Origin: Anaeramoeba ignava BMAN
Lineage: Eukaryota > Protista > Anaeramoebae
Reading direction: 5' to 3'
Assembly: GCA_028826165.1 (NCBI GenBank)
Contig: JAPDFW010000091.1
Location: forward strand, 1-64,000
DNA: 64,000 bases
The notes beneath the pieces were generated by a model, which saw only the letters and a list, made by a program, of their open reading frames with translations, was not told the DNA's origin and ran no database searches. A program made the position numbers and the translations under genes. Positions within the stretch are counted from its first letter, which is position 1. Each line of letters begins with the position of its first letter. Shown here piece by piece: positions 62,557 through 64,000 of this stretch.

Positions 62557-64000
62557 ATGGAAGGTGGAATTATTCAATATTTAACTTCTTTAAATAAAGA
62601 AAATTTAAATGAAATTTATTCACAACCTTTTACTTGCAAAACAATTTTAAAAATTTTATCTCCTTTATCAAAACAATATGTTCTTCAACTTCTTTGTTTT
62701 CCTCAAAATGAGCCTGTTGATCTTCAATCAACATTTTTATCATTTATAAAACCTGAAATGAAAGAAAATCATCAAATTTCTTTAAATAAACTTGTTGAAT
62801 TGAACATTTTTATCCAATGGTTTATTATTATTATTTATATTATTTATATTTTTATTTATTTATGATTTTTATTTATTTATGATTTTTATATTTTTTAAAA
62901 AAAATTTCAAGTTATTCAAAAACTTCAAAAAATTGTTATTCTTTAAATCCACATTTTTATCAACAATTAAGTCAACTTATTATTAATTATGAGTAGGAAA
63001 TTTTAAAAATCAAAAATCAAAAATCAAATGAAAATTTTAATTTAAATTTTAATCAAAAAAAAAAAGAGAATTTGTTGAAGAAAAAGAATATGAAAATCAA
63101 AATGAAATTATCGAAGAAGTTACAGAAAAACAAATCAAATCAAAATCCAAAAAACAATGGGAAGCAATTTTAAGTTATTTAATTGATCACGTAGAAGAAG
63201 AAGAAAATAAAGTTGAATCCAAAAGTCAAAAAAAAGGAGAAGAAACAAAAACAAGAAAAACAAGAAAGAAAAGAAAGAAAGAGGAAGAAAACCCAAAAGT
63301 AAAAACGGAACCCAAAAAAAACAGAAGAAGGAGACATGAAATCAAACTTTCGCAAGGATTTATTTCGCTTCTTGAAAAAACCGGATTTCTATCCAAAAAA
63401 ATTATCAAGAAAAAAACTCGTCATAAAACAACACAAGAAGGTTTCCGGTTTCTTTTTGAAGATCAACACACACAAATGTGGAGAATTCTACTTTTTTATA
63501 TTGATAATTGTGAAGAAAGAGGAATGGTGAAAAGTGAAGTCATTTCATTCTTGCTTCGTTTAAGCTTTATGAAGTTTGGAAGAGTAAGAAAATAATAGAG
63601 TAAAGAAAATCTCTGTTTGAAATATTAACAAGAATTTTCCAAAAACAATAGAAATATAACTCAGAAACTTTATCTTTAACACAACAAACTTTTCTACTTG
63701 ATTTGGATGAGATTGGACTTGTTTATTTAACAAAAAATTCTCAGATTTATTACCCTTCTCACATTACTTCGGTGCTTTCAAATACTGCGCCAAAATATTC
63801 GGGAAACGGTCACTTAATTATTGAAACAAATTTTCGAATTTATGCAAAATCACCAAATCAAATCCAACTACAACTCTTCACATGGTTTGTGCATTCCCAA
63901 CATGCGCTTCCTAACCTCGCCTCGGGAGTTCTTACAAAAAGAAGTATCCGCTCGGTTCTTATTAAAGGTCTTACTGGAGAGCTACTGCTTAAATACATAG
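62557..64000 (+). CDS. GTF2H4: TFIIH subunit p52/Tfb2, 3'-truncated by the window; introns 62820-62911, 62994-63066, 63584-63651
   Basis: LSPLSKQYVLQLL, QWEAILSYL, TQEGFRFLF..TQMW, DLDEIGLVY, IIETNFRIYA and LPNL..LTKRSIRSVL.KGLT. Confidence 0.92.

Overview
This is an extremely AT-rich, gene-dense eukaryotic (protist) nuclear window using the standard code and GT-AG introns. The BTB/RCC1/TLDc expansions, EN/QN coding microsatellites and TCATTT initiator motifs suggest a metamonad amoeba such as Anaeramoeba (inference only). I rebuilt about 25 genes by hand, many of them split by introns that the ORF track misses: BTB-BACK-TLDc (x2), WDR18/Ipi3, Prp3, a C2 protein, ornithine decarboxylase (ODC), an LZTR1-like protein, Gemin7, RWDD1, three RCC1-BTB paralogs, a triple-LIM protein, two NRF-6 acyltransferases, an ankyrin-BTB protein, a BRSK-like kinase, an 11-domain saposin polyprotein, importin-4, a membrane-anchored Moco-sulfurase-like enzyme, Gar1, a WIPI/Atg18-family protein, an FHA-kinase, a class IV sirtuin and TFIIH p52. 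The best candidate for a new system is the ODC locus. Its predicted spliced leader has an 18-nt AUG-bearing micro-exon that opens an overlapping uORF ending in CCC-UGA, an antizyme-like +1 site that would enter the ODC frame. Its 3' UTR holds a GC-rich three-hairpin element with AAUAAA in a loop and a competing fold. Other highlights are a kinase intron holding tyrosine-recombinase, Sola-like transposase and USP remnants; an apparent intron gain from a coding microsatellite; 23 of 49 introns ending in AAG; and a 20 x ~145-bp satellite. Several small indels may be assembly errors. All splice models are manual predictions with no transcript evidence.
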